Positions 1 to 10,849 of a stretch of DNA of 64,000 nt are shown piece after piece. Both the position numbers and the translations under genes were made by a program. Source of the stretch: an uncultured Gemmatimonadaceae bacterium (GTDB lineage Bacteria; Gemmatimonadota; Gemmatimonadetes; Gemmatimonadales; Gemmatimonadaceae); assembly GCA_963829055.1 (NCBI GenBank), contig CAWHHI010000020.1, forward strand, positions 224,001 to 288,000, written 5' to 3'. The first letter of the stretch is position 1, and each line of letters begins with the position of its first letter. The notes under the pieces were generated by a model that saw only the letters and a program-made list of their open reading frames with translations, had not been told where the DNA came from and searched no databases.

Positions 1-245
1 ACCGCGCTCATGAGGGACACGCTTATCCAGTACCCGAACAGCATGAGCACGCTGTAGCCAGCCGTTAGGCGCGCGATCTGCTGATCGAGCTGCGTGGCCG
101 GTCCGAGAATGACGAGCTGCAGCACGAGGATCGGCGCGTAGCAGACGGCCGACATGAGCAGATAGGTCAGCGGGTCGCGCCGGTAGAGTTGGAACGCGGC
201 GTCGACGATTTCGCTCGCCGACCGTGGCCGAAGGGGCAGAGACAC
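1..245 (-). CDS. Membrane protein, N-terminal part; runs off the left edge
   Basis: Hand translation from GTG at 245: MSLPLRPRSASEIVDAAFQLYRRDPLTYLLMSAVCYAPILVLQLVIL..., open to position 1 with hydrophobic helices. Not in the ORF track because it is truncated. Confidence 0.7.
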   Translation of the reverse strand, partial: MSLPLRPRSASEIVDAAFQLYRRDPLTYLLMSAVCYAPILVLQLVILGPATQLDQQIARLTAGYSVLMLFGYWISVSLMSA

Positions 246-503
246 AGGTGGGGACCGGGAATGGGGAACCGGGAACGGGCACTGCCCCGCAAGATGTTGT
301 GTCGTTGGAGGGTCTACCAGCGGCTTGGCCACGATATCCGGGTGGCGTTCGGCCTTGGGGCCCTGATCGCCCCCGGATCGGCACCCGTTATGGCAACTTG
401 CCCCTAACCTCTTCCCCCGGTCCGTTTTCGGCGTGTATCCTAGGTCGGACGGGAAACCCCTCGCGCTGGACGACCGACGTTGGCTCGCTCGGAGGATGCC
501 TAA

Positions 504-818
504 ATGGAAGCTGCCATCTCCGCATGGCTGCAGGACCTCGCGATTCGCGCGTTCGGAATCTCGCTGTTCGTCATGCTGGCGATCGACGGCGCGTTCGCCG
601 TGATCCTCCTCGCGACGCGCGACCGGGCCATCGTGAACCGCTGGACGTCGCGCGTGCTGGCCGTCAATCTCGTGCTCGCTGGCACAGGCATCGGCGTGCC
701 CGTCCTTGCCCTCAGCACGAGACTCGCCGTGCGCATGATCGCGCCGCTCATTCCGAAGCTCCCGGGCGTCATGATCATCGACGACGACGCTCCGGAGGGC
801 GTAGGAAGGAGGCCGTAG
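504..818 (+). CDS. Hypothetical small membrane protein (104 aa)
   Basis: GGAGG upstream of the ATG; two hydrophobic segments; GC-rich third positions. Confidence 0.7.
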   Translation: MEAAISAWLQDLAIRAFGISLFVMLAIDGAFAVILLATRDRAIVNRWTSRVLAVNLVLAGTGIGVPVLALSTRLAVRMIAPLIPKLPGVMIIDDDAPEGVGRRP

Positions 819-888
819 GAGCGGCCGGGAAGGAGGCCTTAGGAAGGAGGAGGGCGGATAGCGGAAGGCGGATGGCGGAGAAGAGGCG

Positions 889-994
889 TGTCATCCCGAG
901 CGCCAGCGACGAGGGATCTTCTCGAACGTTCTCGTGGCCGAGACTGGCCACGACGTACATCACAGGAGATCCCTCGCTGCCGCTCGGGATGACA
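889..994. repeat. REP-like palindromic element, family A copy 1
   Basis: TGTCATCCCGAG...GAGGGATCT / AGATCCCTC...CTCGGGATGACA inverted arms with an inner GTGGCC-n-GGCCAC hairpin; lies between convergent genes. Confidence 0.9.
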
Positions 995-1055
995 TGGCTC
1001 CTTCCTACGGCCTCCTTCCTCCGCCCTGCCTCCTACGGCCCGCGCCCTGCGGGCG

Positions 1056-1745
1056 CTACACCCCGAAGCAGTAGAACAGCCCCGCCCCGCCCGTCGCGAC
1101 GAGGTCCGCCTGACTGCACGACCGGCTCATGTGCGCGGCGTTCCAGGACGAGTTGCCGCCTCCCGACCGATCGTGATGCCCGAGCATGGCCGACCCGGCC
1201 GAGTCGCTCGTCCAGTTGTTGCACGTCGTGCCTGCGGGCGTGCCTAACAACACCCGGCCGAACGAGTCGGAGCCGGTGAGAATGTCGTGCTGGTTCGGCG
1301 TGTCGCCGCGACCGTTGACGGGCAATCCCTTCTCGTTGAGCGCGAACTCCTTGTTGATGGAGTTGCGGTCGCGCTGGATGTCACCGTGGAGATCGGCGAC
1401 GTTCCAGGCGATGAGCGCGCCCTTGGCATTGTACCACGGCCCGTTGCCGATGCGATCGCGGGCATTGATCGGCGGCTGACCCGCGGCCGCGGCGGCGCTC
1501 AGGTACGCGTGCCAGGTGCGGCTCCCTGCACCAGCCGCGCGCGCGAGGGTCAGGCAGTGCTCGTCCGCCCCGGCGAGTCCGCCGAGGTTCGCGCCGGCGC
1601 CTTTGCCGACGCTGGTGACGAAGAAACCCATCGGCTGCTGCGGTTGCTGCGGCTGGGCGGGCGTGGCCTGAGCCGCGACGGTCGAGGCGGCGAGGAGCAG
1701 GGCTGCAGGTAGCGCGTGGGTTAGCGATCTATTCAGCGTATTCAT
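1056..1745 (-). CDS. Secreted lectin/endostatin-like protein
   Basis: Signal peptide, then FFVTS..GANLGGLAGADEHC..WHAYLS..ARDRIGNGPW..TCNNWTS..WNAAH..C..FYCF, the pattern of bacterial endostatin-like lectins. Confidence 0.75.
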   Translation of the reverse strand: MNTLNRSLTHALPAALLLAASTVAAQATPAQPQQPQQPMGFFVTSVGKGAGANLGGLAGADEHCLTLARAAGAGSRTWHAYLSAAAAAGQPPINARDRIGNGPWYNAKGALIAWNVADLHGDIQRDRNSINKEFALNEKGLPVNGRGDTPNQHDILTGSDSFGRVLLGTPAGTTCNNWTSDSAGSAMLGHHDRSGGGNSSWNAAHMSRSCSQADLVATGGAGLFYCFGV

Positions 1746-1812
1746 GAAAAGGGCTCCGTCCGGTTTGAACCGATAGACTCGCTATGTAGGGAGCCATTCG
1801 GAATAGGACGGG

Positions 1813-1828
1813 TGACAGTCATTTGTCA
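1813..1828. promoter_or_regulatory. Candidate operator TGACA-N6-TGTCA
   Basis: Perfect 5-6-5 inverted repeat in a divergent intergenic region; regulator unknown. Confidence 0.3.
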
Positions 1829-2042
1829 GGCGTCCACGGATAACACGCTCGGGGCAAGCGCGCGGCGCGCGGCAGGTGCGACGCCGTTAGGCAGCTTTGG
1901 CTACGGTCGCACGGGGGAGGCACCCGGCTTCGCTCGCTCGAAATGACACGCTCCACCTCCACTGGCGCTCGAGCGCCACGAGCAACAGGCTATGCTCGAC
2001 GTCGACCCAGCCGCGATCCGCACCGCTGCGCTCCCATTCTGG

Positions 2043-4667
2043 ATGACCCCGTTTCTCCTTGCTGCCCTGGCGCTCACCGCGCGAATCTCGACGCTTCAGG
2101 CCGTCGCCCAGGACTCGACGGCGCCGACCGCGGTCGCCGTCCGCGCGCGCGGTGGTGTGCGCATTGATGGACGCCTGGACGAAGAGGCATGGAAAGCGGC
2201 GACCCCGGTCACGTCGTTCACGCAGCGAGACCCCGATGCCGGCCGACCCGCAACCGAGCGGACAGAGGTCCGCATCATCTATGACGCCGCCGCGATCTAC
2301 ATCGGCGCGCGGCTCTTCGATTCGACGGGCGCCGTGCGCAGTCGATTGGGACGGCGAGATAGCGAGCTGTCCGGTTCGGATTGGTTCTTCGTGACGCTGG
2401 ATAGCTACCACGACCACCTCACGGCGTATCGCTTCGGCGTCAATCCGAGTGGCGTTAGGCGTGACGAGAAGGTGAGTACCGAGACGGACGAAGACGAGTC
2501 GTGGGACCCTATCTGGGAGGCCGCTGCGACACGCGACGCCGCGGGTTGGATGGCGGAGCTCCGCATTCCACTCAGCCAGCTTCGCTTTCGCGACGTTGAC
2601 GAGCAGACGTGGGGCATTCAGCTCGTCCGCCAGATCGCACGCAACAATGAAGAGAGCTGGTTCGCGTTCGTCCCGAAACGCGAGCGCGCCGTTGTGGGTC
2701 GCTACGGACATCTCACCGGAATGCGCGGTCTCATGCCGCGCGGCCGCCTCGAGCTGCTCCCATACGCCGTTAGCCGCGTCCGCTACGATACGCCTGCGCA
2801 GAGCGAGGACGTTCCGTTCGTGAACCCGTTCCGCGACGGCTCGGAGCAGACGGCATTGTTAGGTCTCGACCTCAAGTATCGATTGGCGAGCAACGTAACG
2901 CTGGACGCGACGGTGAATCCGGATTTCGGTCAGGTTGAAGTCGATCCCGCCGTTGTGAACCTCACTGCGTTCGAGACGCGCTTCGAGGAGCGGCGACCGT
3001 TCTTCATCGAAGGCTCCGAGATCTTCGGCTTCAATGGGACGGAACTGTTCTATTCGCGCCGCATCGGAGCACCACCTCCAGGCCGTCCGCCGTCAGGCGC
3101 GGTCTACGACAACATGCCCGAGAACGTGACGATTCTCTCGGCAGCGAAGCTGTCGGGGAAGGCGCGTGGGTGGTCACTCGCGGTGCTCGACGCCGTGACG
3201 GGCCGCGAGCACGCGTCCTATGTCGGCGAGAATGGCGACCGAGGCCAAGCGGAGGTTGCGCCACTCGCGAACTACTTCGTTGGACGAGCGCGTCGCGAGC
3301 TGCACGAAGGCAACACAGTGGTCGGCGCCATGGCGACGGCCGTGCACCGGGACCTCAGCGACAGTGCGCTCACCTCTCGCGTGCGCTCGCGGGCATTCTC
3401 AGGAGGAATCGATTTCTCACACGACTGGGACGAGCGCAAATGGTCGCTGGAAGGCTTCGCCGCCGGCTCGCACATCACCGGCTCGAACGCTGTGATCACC
3501 GCTGCCCAGCGGTCGTCGGCGCGCTACTATCAACGCCCCGATGCGTCGCGCCTAACGCTCGACTCGTCCGCCACGACGCTCGCGGGCTTCGCCAGCCGTC
3601 TCGAGCTGCGGCGAGCCGCGGGCGAACACTGGCGTGGAGACGCGACTGCCGCGACGGTGAGTCCCGGGTTCGAGACGAACGACATCGGCTTCCAGGCGCG
3701 CGCCGACCAGCACTCCGCGACCGCGACGGTGCAGTACGTCCAGGAGGAACCGGGACGGATCCTGCGTGAGTGGAGCCTCGAGGGCGGTCCGCGCGGCACC
3801 TGGAACTGGGATGGCAATCGCATCGGGACGCGGCTCAACTTCGAGGGTGATGCGCAACTGCTGAATTACTGGAGTGGCGATTTCGAGGTGAACCGCGAGT
3901 TCGCCGTCCTCGATGACAGGCTGACACGTGGCGGTCCGCTCGTGCGCTCACCGGCCCGAACGAACGTGTCGGTCAGCATCGAGAGCGACCCGCGGCGGGT
4001 GTGGACGCTCGACATGGGCGTCGACGGCTGGTGGGGGCCGGTGAGCCGCAGTGCATCGGTCGACGTCGAGGTCGGGGTCAAGCCGGCGCCCAACTGGAAC
4101 GTGTCCATCGCCCCGGAGTGGTCACGCGACCGCGCCAGCAACCAATACGTGACGTCGGTCGCCAATGCGCTGGCTCCCGCGACGTTCGGCCGCCGGTACG
4201 TGTTCGCCGACCTCGATCAGACGGAACTCTCCATCGCGACCCACATCAACGTGACATTCACGCCGTCACTGTCACTCGAGGTATTCGCTCGGCCATTCAT
4301 CGGGAGCGGCACGTTCGGCGCCTTGAAGGAACTGACTCAACCGCGCGCGCTTTCCTTCGCTCGGTATGACAGCGTGGGGACCGTCACGCGCAACGGCAGC
4401 GAGGTCATCGTCGACCCGGACGGCGACGGGCCGGCAGATGAATTCGGGGTGGACGACGAGACGTTCACAACGCGGTCGCTCCGCGGGAACGCGGTGCTGC
4501 GGTGGGAGTGGCGGCCGGGCTCGACGCTGTTTCTCGTCTGGCAGCAGCAGCGCGAGGTGGAGGACGCGAGCGGCGACCTGCGGCTCCGCCGCGACCTCCG
4601 TCGACTCGGTCGGGCGAGCCCGGACAACGTGTTCGTCATCAAGGCGACCTGGTGGCTCAATCCATAG
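2043..4667 (+). CDS. CBM9-like plus DUF5916 protein (probable outer-membrane beta-barrel)
   Basis: Signal peptide; IDGRLDEEAW, TEVRIIYD and WMAELRIPLSQLRF (CBM9-like); LDATVNPDFGQVEVD..FEERRPFFIEG..LFYSRRIG (DUF5916); C-terminal KATWWLNP. Alternative start at 1992. Confidence 0.88.
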   Translation: MTPFLLAALALTARISTLQAVAQDSTAPTAVAVRARGGVRIDGRLDEEAWKAATPVTSFTQRDPDAGRPATERTEVRIIYDAAAIYIGARLFDSTGAVRSRLGRRDSELSGSDWFFVTLDSYHDHLTAYRFGVNPSGVRRDEKVSTETDEDESWDPIWEAAATRDAAGWMAELRIPLSQLRFRDVDEQTWGIQLVRQIARNNEESWFAFVPKRERAVVGRYGHLTGMRGLMPRGRLELLPYAVSRVRYDTPAQSEDVPFVNPFRDGSEQTALLGLDLKYRLASNVTLDATVNPDFGQVEVDPAVVNLTAFETRFEERRPFFIEGSEIFGFNGTELFYSRRIGAPPPGRPPSGAVYDNMPENVTILSAAKLSGKARGWSLAVLDAVTGREHASYVGENGDRGQAEVAPLANYFVGRARRELHEGNTVVGAMATAVHRDLSDSALTSRVRSRAFSGGIDFSHDWDERKWSLEGFAAGSHITGSNAVITAAQRSSARYYQRPDASRLTLDSSATTLAGFASRLELRRAAGEHWRGDATAATVSPGFETNDIGFQARADQHSATATVQYVQEEPGRILREWSLEGGPRGTWNWDGNRIGTRLNFEGDAQLLNYWSGDFEVNREFAVLDDRLTRGGPLVRSPARTNVSVSIESDPRRVWTLDMGVDGWWGPVSRSASVDVEVGVKPAPNWNVSIAPEWSRDRASNQYVTSVANALAPATFGRRYVFADLDQTELSIATHINVTFTPSLSLEVFARPFIGSGTFGALKELTQPRALSFARYDSVGTVTRNGSEVIVDPDGDGPADEFGVDDETFTTRSLRGNAVLRWEWRPGSTLFLVWQQQREVEDASGDLRLRRDLRRLGRASPDNVFVIKATWWLNP

Positions 4668-4674
4668 ATTGAGG

Positions 4675-4871
4675 GTCATTCCGAGCGGAGCCGCGAAGCG
4701 GCGCAGTCGAGGAGCTATGTCATTCCGAGCGAACGAAGTGAGTCGAGGAATCGTTGCTGTCCGAGTAGAGATGCCGCTCTACCGGGACGCGAAGGATTCC
4801 TCGATGCGCCCAGAGGCACCCGCGGCCTGCGGCCTCCGCTCGGAATGACACGGGCGGGCGCTCGGAATGAC
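4675..4871. repeat. REP-like palindromic element, family B copy 1
   Basis: GTCATTCCGAGCG (x2)..GAGGAATC..GTAGAG-n-CTCTAC..GATTCCTC..CGCTCGGAATGAC (x2). Confidence 0.9.
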
Positions 4872-4901
4872 GGCCTCGCCCACCACGCTCCCCAAGTGAC
4901 C

Positions 4902-6306
4902 ATGCTCGCACCACTCGTCGTCGCCGCCGCGCTGCTCACCCAGCAACCGAATCAGGGTGTCCGCCAGTTCGTCTCCGTCTCCGATTCCGTCGTCGCACTG
5001 ACGAACGTCCGGGTCATCGACGGCACCGGCGCCGCCCCGCGCGCCGGTCAGACCGTCGTCATGAAGGGCGGCGTCATCCAATCGATCGGCGACGCGGCCT
5101 CGGCGAAGATCCCCGCTGGCGCCCGCACCATGGACCTCGCGGGACGTACCGTCATGCCCGGCTACGTGATGCTCCACGAGCATCTGTTCTATCCATCGGG
5201 CGGCGGCGCGATCTACAACGAGCAGGGGTACAGCTTCCCGCGGCTCTACCTCGCCGGTGGCGTCACGACCATGCGCACCGCCGGCAACATGTCCGGGTAC
5301 GCCGACATCGGGATCAAGAAGGCGATCGACGAAGGCACAATGCTCGGGCCGACGGTCGACGTCACCGCGCCCTACCTCGAGGGCCCTGGCCTCCCGATTC
5401 CGCAGGTGAAAGCGCTCCGCGACGCCGCCGACGCACGAAAGATGGTGAACTACTGGGCCGATGAGGGCGCGACGTCGTTCAAGGCCTACATGCACATCAC
5501 GCGCGCGGAGCTTGGCGCCGCGGCGCAGGAGGCGCACAAGCGGAATCTCAAGATCACCGGGCACCTGTGCTCGGTGACGTTCAAGGAAGCCGCGGCGTTA
5601 GGCATCGACGACCTCGAGCACGGCTTCGTCGTCGCCAGCGACTTCGTCCCCGACAAGAAGCCTGACGAGTGCCCGGCCGGCAACGCCGTGCAGCGCTCCA
5701 TCGCGGCACTCGACGTGAACGGCGCCGGCGCCCGCGATCTCATCGCCGAGCTCGTGCGCCGGAAGGTCGCGATCACGTCGACGCTCACGATCTTCGAGAC
5801 GTTCGCGGCATCGAATGCCTAACGCGCCGACGAAAGCGCTCGACGCGCTGCTTCCCGAGGCACGCCGGCAGTATGAGCAACGCCGAGCGGCGATCGCGCA
5901 GTCGCCGGACACGACGTGGAACGTGCTCGTGAGGAAAGAGATGCAGCTGGAGAAGATGTTCGCGGACGCTGGCGGGCTGCTCGTCGTCGGCACGGACCCG
6001 ACGGGCTTCGGCGGCGTCGTCGCGGGCTACTCGAACCAGCGCGCGCTCGAGCTGCTGGTGCAGGCGGGCTTCACGCCGGTCGAGGCGATCAAGGTCGCGA
6101 CGCTCAACGGCGCGAAATACCTCGGCCGCGACGCGAAGATCGGGACGCTCGCTGCTGGAAAGCAGGCGGACCTGGTGGTCGTTCGGGGCGACCCGTCCAC
6201 GAAGATCGACGACGTCGAGAACGTCGAGATCGTGTTCAAGGGCGGGGTCGGCTACGACTCGGCCAAGATCTTCGAGTCCGTGAAGGGACGAGTCGGGTTG
6301 CACTAG
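4902..6306 (+). CDS. Secreted amidohydrolase (imidazolonepropionase-like); one frameshift near 5815
   Basis: MPGYVMLHEH metal motif, GVTTMRTAG, GH, LEHG; second ORF continues with GTD and GTLAAGKQADLVVV. ORFs 4845-5822 and 5815-6306 join into one protein. Confidence 0.88.
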
Positions 6307-6331
6307 CTGCGCGAGACGCGCAGAGTGCTTC

Positions 6332-6493
6332 GTCATTCCGAGCGGAGGGCCGAAGGCCCGGAGTCGAGGAGGTCGTCATTCCGAGCGGAGCGCCGGAGGC
6401 GCGCAGTCGAGGAATCGAGATTGTCCTAATAGAGGGGCCCTCTACCGGGACGATCGCGATTCCTCGACTCGCTGTCGCTCGCTCGGAATGACA
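6332..6493. repeat. Family B copy 2
   Basis: Same arms; inner TAGAGGGGCCCTCTA hairpin. Confidence 0.9.
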
Positions 6494-6644
6494 TAAACTG
6501 AGTGACTGACCCACTTGGAACTGGCCATGCCGCCGCCGGATGCCCAGCCATATAGCCATATCCGTCGCTCCGACGGTCGACCTGAAACCGATGCCGGGCC
6601 GTGTCGTACTTTGCCTGAGCACTACTCTCCCCGGGAGCTACCCT

Positions 6645-7814
6645 GTGACCCCACGCCTCGTCCGCGTGGCGGCTGCCGTCGTCGTCGCCGCCTTTTTCTT
6701 CGTTTCCTCGCAGGCCACCGCCCAGGATGATCGTGGCGGCAATGGCCAGGATGATCGCCGCAGCCTCGACCTCGGCGTGAGTGGCGTCGGCATCAGCATT
6801 GGCGACTCGCGGCGCTGGACCGGCCTTCGCCTCAACTTTCGAGACTCCCGACTCGAGGAAGCGAACGGCATCAACGCGACCATCTGGGGTCCGTACAAGG
6901 GGGGCGCCGGGCGAGTGAACGGTCTTGCCCTCGGGCTCCCGGCTACCGGAGCGAGCAGCCTCTCCGGGCTCGGCGTCGGGATCTTTGGCTTCGGCGTCGA
7001 GCGTTCGTTCACCGGCATCGGCGTCGCCGGCGTCGGGATGGGCGGCGGTGGTGACATGAAAGGTGTCATGGTCGCCGGGATTGGCATGGGCGGGGGCGGT
7101 AACATCAGCGGGATCAGCATCGCCGGTCTCGGCATGGGCGGCGGCGGCGACCTCAATGGCATCGCCATCGGTGGCCTCGGCGCAGGGATGGGAGGCAACC
7201 TGACGGGGGTCTTCGTCGCCGGGCTCGGCGCGGGTGGCGGCGGCAACGTCCGAGGAATTGGCGTCGGCGGCCTGGGACTCGGCGCCGGCGGCAGCCTAAC
7301 GGGCATCGCGGTCGGCGGCCTCGGCGTAGGCGCTGGCGGCAGCGCGAAAGGATTGCTCGTGGGTGGGCTCGGCGCCGGAGTGGGCGGCGACCTGACCGGC
7401 ATCGGCCTCGGAGGTCTTGGCATTGGCGCTGGTGGCGACATCACCGGCCTCGTGATCGGCGGACTCGGTGCCGGATTCGGCGGAACGCTACGCGGAGTCG
7501 GCATCGGCGGCGTCGGTGTCGGTGGCTCGCGCATTCGGGGGATCGCGATCGGCGGTGTGGGCGTGGGCGGTGAGGACCTCAAGGGCGGCTTCGCCACGAT
7601 TGGCGTTCTCAAGGTCGAGAACAACGGCCACTTTCAGGGCGTCGGCGTCGCGGGCTTCAGCCAGATCAAAGGACAGCAGAGCGGGTTGACGATTGGGCTC
7701 GTGAACTACGCGTGGGACCTGCGCGGCGTGCAGGTCGGCGTGATCAACATCGCGCGGAGCAATCCGAAAGCGACGCGCGTGCTGCCGCTGTTCAACGCGG
7801 ATTTCTCGAAATGA
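6645..7814 (+). CDS. Secreted glycine-rich 16-aa repeat protein (LA_2272-like surface repeat)
   Basis: GTG start after GGGAG; signal peptide; about 12 repeats such as GGGDLNGIAIGGLGAG; C-terminal GLTIGLVNYA..GVQVGVIN..VLPLFNADF. Confidence 0.75.
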   Translation: MTPRLVRVAAAVVVAAFFFVSSQATAQDDRGGNGQDDRRSLDLGVSGVGISIGDSRRWTGLRLNFRDSRLEEANGINATIWGPYKGGAGRVNGLALGLPATGASSLSGLGVGIFGFGVERSFTGIGVAGVGMGGGGDMKGVMVAGIGMGGGGNISGISIAGLGMGGGGDLNGIAIGGLGAGMGGNLTGVFVAGLGAGGGGNVRGIGVGGLGLGAGGSLTGIAVGGLGVGAGGSAKGLLVGGLGAGVGGDLTGIGLGGLGIGAGGDITGLVIGGLGAGFGGTLRGVGIGGVGVGGSRIRGIAIGGVGVGGEDLKGGFATIGVLKVENNGHFQGVGVAGFSQIKGQQSGLTIGLVNYAWDLRGVQVGVINIARSNPKATRVLPLFNADFSK

Positions 7815-7944
7815 TCGAGTCGCGCCCGTCGATGGTGGTGGATTGAGGTCGACCGGGATGCGAAGATTCGGCGGACGCTGAATCGCCGGGAAGACTCGCC
7901 GGTTGCGGCGGAATCATCCCGATACCTCGACAGGCCAGGATACG

Positions 7945-9593
7945 ATGCGCGCTTTCGCCGGAGCCTCAGCACTCCTTCTCAGCGCGGCGCTGAGCCTTCC
8001 AGCTCAGCAGCCTAACGACTCGGTTCGGGCGCGCGTCGATCGCGTCTTCGCCCAGTGGAGCTCCCGAGAGGGGCCGGGCTGCTCCGCAGCGGCAAGCCAG
8101 GATGGGAAGACGATCTACGAGGCCGGGTACGGCTCCGCCAATCTCGAGGCGGACGTCCCCATCACGCCGAGCTCGATCTTCCACGCCGCGTCGGTCTCGA
8201 AGCAGTTCACGGCGATGGCGGTCATGCTCCTCGTGCGGGAAGGCAAGCTGTCGCTCGATGCCGACGTGCACACGTACATCCCCGAGCTCCCCGACTATCG
8301 CGGGCAGCGCATCACGCTCCGCCACCTGCTCACGCACACGAGCGGCCTCCGCGATCAGTGGGACCTGCTGGCGATCGCGCGCGGGCGCTTCGAGGAGAAC
8401 CGCATCACGCAGGACGACGTCCTCGACATCGTGACGCGACAGAAGGCGCTCAACTTCCCACCCGGCACCGAATACCTGTACAGCAACAGCGGCTATACGC
8501 TCGCCGCGATCATCGTCAGCCGAGTCGCGGGGATGCCGATGCGGCAGTTCGCGGAGGAGCGGATCTTCAAGCCGTTAGGCATGACGCGCACGCACTTTCA
8601 CGACGACTACACGATGGTCGTGAAGGGTCGCACATCCGCCTACGAACGCAGGCGGGATGGACAGTGGCATGTCAGCATCCCGAACTTCGACACGTACGGC
8701 GCGACGAGTCTCTTCACGACGGTCGGTGATCTTCTGAAATGGCAGGAGAACTTCCGACGCCCGGTCGTAGGTGACACCGCCCTGCTCCGCGCCATGCAGA
8801 CCAACGCGATTCTCACCAACGGCGATACGGTCGGGTATGGTCTGGGCCTAACGCTTGGTGGCGCGCCCGGCATGCGGATGATTGGTCACAACGGCGCTGA
8901 CGCCGGCTATCGCGCAATGACGGGGCGATACCCGGACCAGGGATTCGCGATCTCTGTCCTCTGCAACGCGGCGTCAGCGGATCCATCGGGGCTCGCGACG
9001 AAAGCGAGTGAGATCTTTCTGGGCAAAGGTCTGCCGGAGCTGCCCAGCCCGGTCGCACTGCAGCACCGGCCACCGCCGGAGCAGCTCGCGCGATACACGG
9101 GACTCTACGTCCATCCGGTCACCGGCGATGTCACGTACGTGTCGCTCAAGGACCGCGAGCTCATCGTCGGGCGGACGAGCGGACCGGCACTGGTGCCCGT
9201 CGGCGATAGTCGCTTCTGGCTGCCTGGGCAGCGGATCGAATGGACGTTTCAGCCTAACGGGAGCGTCGTCCAGACGTACCGCAGACGGCTGTCGCAACAT
9301 CCGGTGACGCTCGTGCGACACGACGCGGTCAGACCGTCGGCAGCGGAGCTGGCCCAGTATGCCGGTGACTACACGAGCCCGGAGCTCGGCGCGACCTACA
9401 CGGTTTCGGTCGCCGACACGGCCCTGAGCTTTCGCACGGGTGTCACTGACGCATGGAAGGCAACTCCCACCTACACGATGCCTTCGACGGAGAGGTGCAA
9501 GTCGAGTTCACGCGCGACCCTGGCGGACGTCTCACCGGGCTGCAGATGAGCACGGGTCGCGTGAGGAGAGTCTGGTTCGAGAAGGTGAGGTAG
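7945..9593 (+). CDS. Serine hydrolase, beta-lactamase/AmpC-like family, with C-terminal extension; frameshift near 9475
   Basis: SxxK (ASVSKQF), LLTHTSG, YSN and HNG motifs; the shifted frame gives DAFDGEVQVEFTRD..GRVRRVWFEKVR with TAG at 9591-9593. Confidence 0.88.
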
Positions 9594-9595
9594 GG

Positions 9596-9726
9596 TGTCA
9601 TTCCGAGCGCTGTGAGGACATTCGCGAGCGAGCGTGAGCGGTCGAGGAATCGAGACCGTACAGGTAGAGAGCCCTCTATCCGGACGATCGCGATTCCTCG
9701 ACTCGCTGTCGCTCGCTCGGAATGAC
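9596..9726. repeat. Family B copy 3
   Basis: TGTCATTCCGAGCG...CGCTCGGAATGAC with inner GTAGAGAGCCCTCTA. Confidence 0.9.
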
Positions 9727-9769
9727 GCAACGCTATTTTTCGGCATGACGTCGACGCCGAGTAGCACTC

Positions 9770-10849
9770 ATGCCGCAGCGCACCGGTAGCGCCACCCTCC
9801 CGCTTCACACCGGGCGAGCACCCGCGTGGCTGTTCGGACGTATGGCCAGGCTCGCGCCGGAGATCGTCGAGGCCATCGTGCTCGCGCACGGGCGGAGCGC
9901 GTTCCTCGAGCGACTCTCGGACCCGCACTGGTTCCAGGCGTTCGGCTGCGTGCTCGGCTTCGACTGGCACTCGAGCGGTGTGACGACCACGGTGTGTGGC
10001 GCGCTCAAGGAAGGGCTCGCTCCTCGTGCCGCCGACCTCGGCCTCTACGTCGCCGGCGGCAAGGGCAAGACGTCGCGGCAGACGCCTAACGAGCTACAGG
10101 AGTTCGGCGCGCGGCTCGGCATGGACGGCGACCGGCTCGCCTACAACAGCCGCATGGCCGCGAAGGTGGACTCCGCCGCCGTACAGGACGGCTTCGACAT
10201 CTACCATCACAGCTTCTTCCTCTCGAGTGATGGCGAGTGGGCCGTCGTGCAACAGGGCATGCGCGAGCACGACGGCAACGCGCGCCGCTACCACTGGCTC
10301 GGCTCCCGGGTGAGCGATTTCGTGAACGAGCCGCACGCGGCTATCGCGAGCGACGCGCAGGAGCAGACGGTGCTCAACCTGGTGGCGGCTGAATCGGCGG
10401 ACAGTCGCACGGCGTCGGCGGAATTCGCGCGTCTCGAGCCGCGGCTCGTCGATCGTGAGATCGCGAGAGTGATCACGCTCGCGCTTCCGGGCCGCCACTG
10501 GGTGGACGTGCGGAAGGACATCAACCCGGCGCATCTGCGGAAGGTGCTGCTGTCCACGTACGAGGCGGCGCCGCAGAACTTCGAGGAGATGCTCGCGGTC
10601 CCGGGCGTTGGCGCCAAAGCGGTGCGTGCGCTCGCGCTGGTGGCCGAGGTGGTGTATGGCTCGCCGGCGAGCGTGAAGGATCCGGCGCGGTTCAGCTTCG
10701 CGCATGGCGGCAAGGATGGGCATCCCTACCCGGTCAATCGCGACGTGTACGACCACTCGGTGGAGTGGCTTCGTGAGGCGGTGTCGAAGGCGAAGATCGG
10801 CCGGAGCGAGCAGCTCCACGCGCTGCAGCGATTGGCGGACTGGCGTTAG
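9770..10849 (+). CDS. DUF763 family protein
   Basis: LPLHTGRAPAWL, RLSDPHWFQAFGCVLGFDWHSSGVTT, AKVDSAAVQDG, WAVVQQGM, FSFAHGGKDGHPYPV. Confidence 0.92.
   Translation: MPQRTGSATLPLHTGRAPAWLFGRMARLAPEIVEAIVLAHGRSAFLERLSDPHWFQAFGCVLGFDWHSSGVTTTVCGALKEGLAPRAADLGLYVAGGKGKTSRQTPNELQEFGARLGMDGDRLAYNSRMAAKVDSAAVQDGFDIYHHSFFLSSDGEWAVVQQGMREHDGNARRYHWLGSRVSDFVNEPHAAIASDAQEQTVLNLVAAESADSRTASAEFARLEPRLVDREIARVITLALPGRHWVDVRKDINPAHLRKVLLSTYEAAPQNFEEMLAVPGVGAKAVRALALVAEVVYGSPASVKDPARFSFAHGGKDGHPYPVNRDVYDHSVEWLREAVSKAKIGRSEQLHALQRLADWR

Noticed and set aside
5810..5825. Programmed frameshifting or true pseudogenes at split ORFs
   Set aside because: Isolated 1-bp indels occur in many unrelated genes without evident slippery motifs; sequencing error is the simpler explanation.
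6638..7624. 328-aa proline-rich ORF on the minus strand
   Set aside because: Antisense shadow of the glycine-rich gene (GGC read as CCG/GCC).
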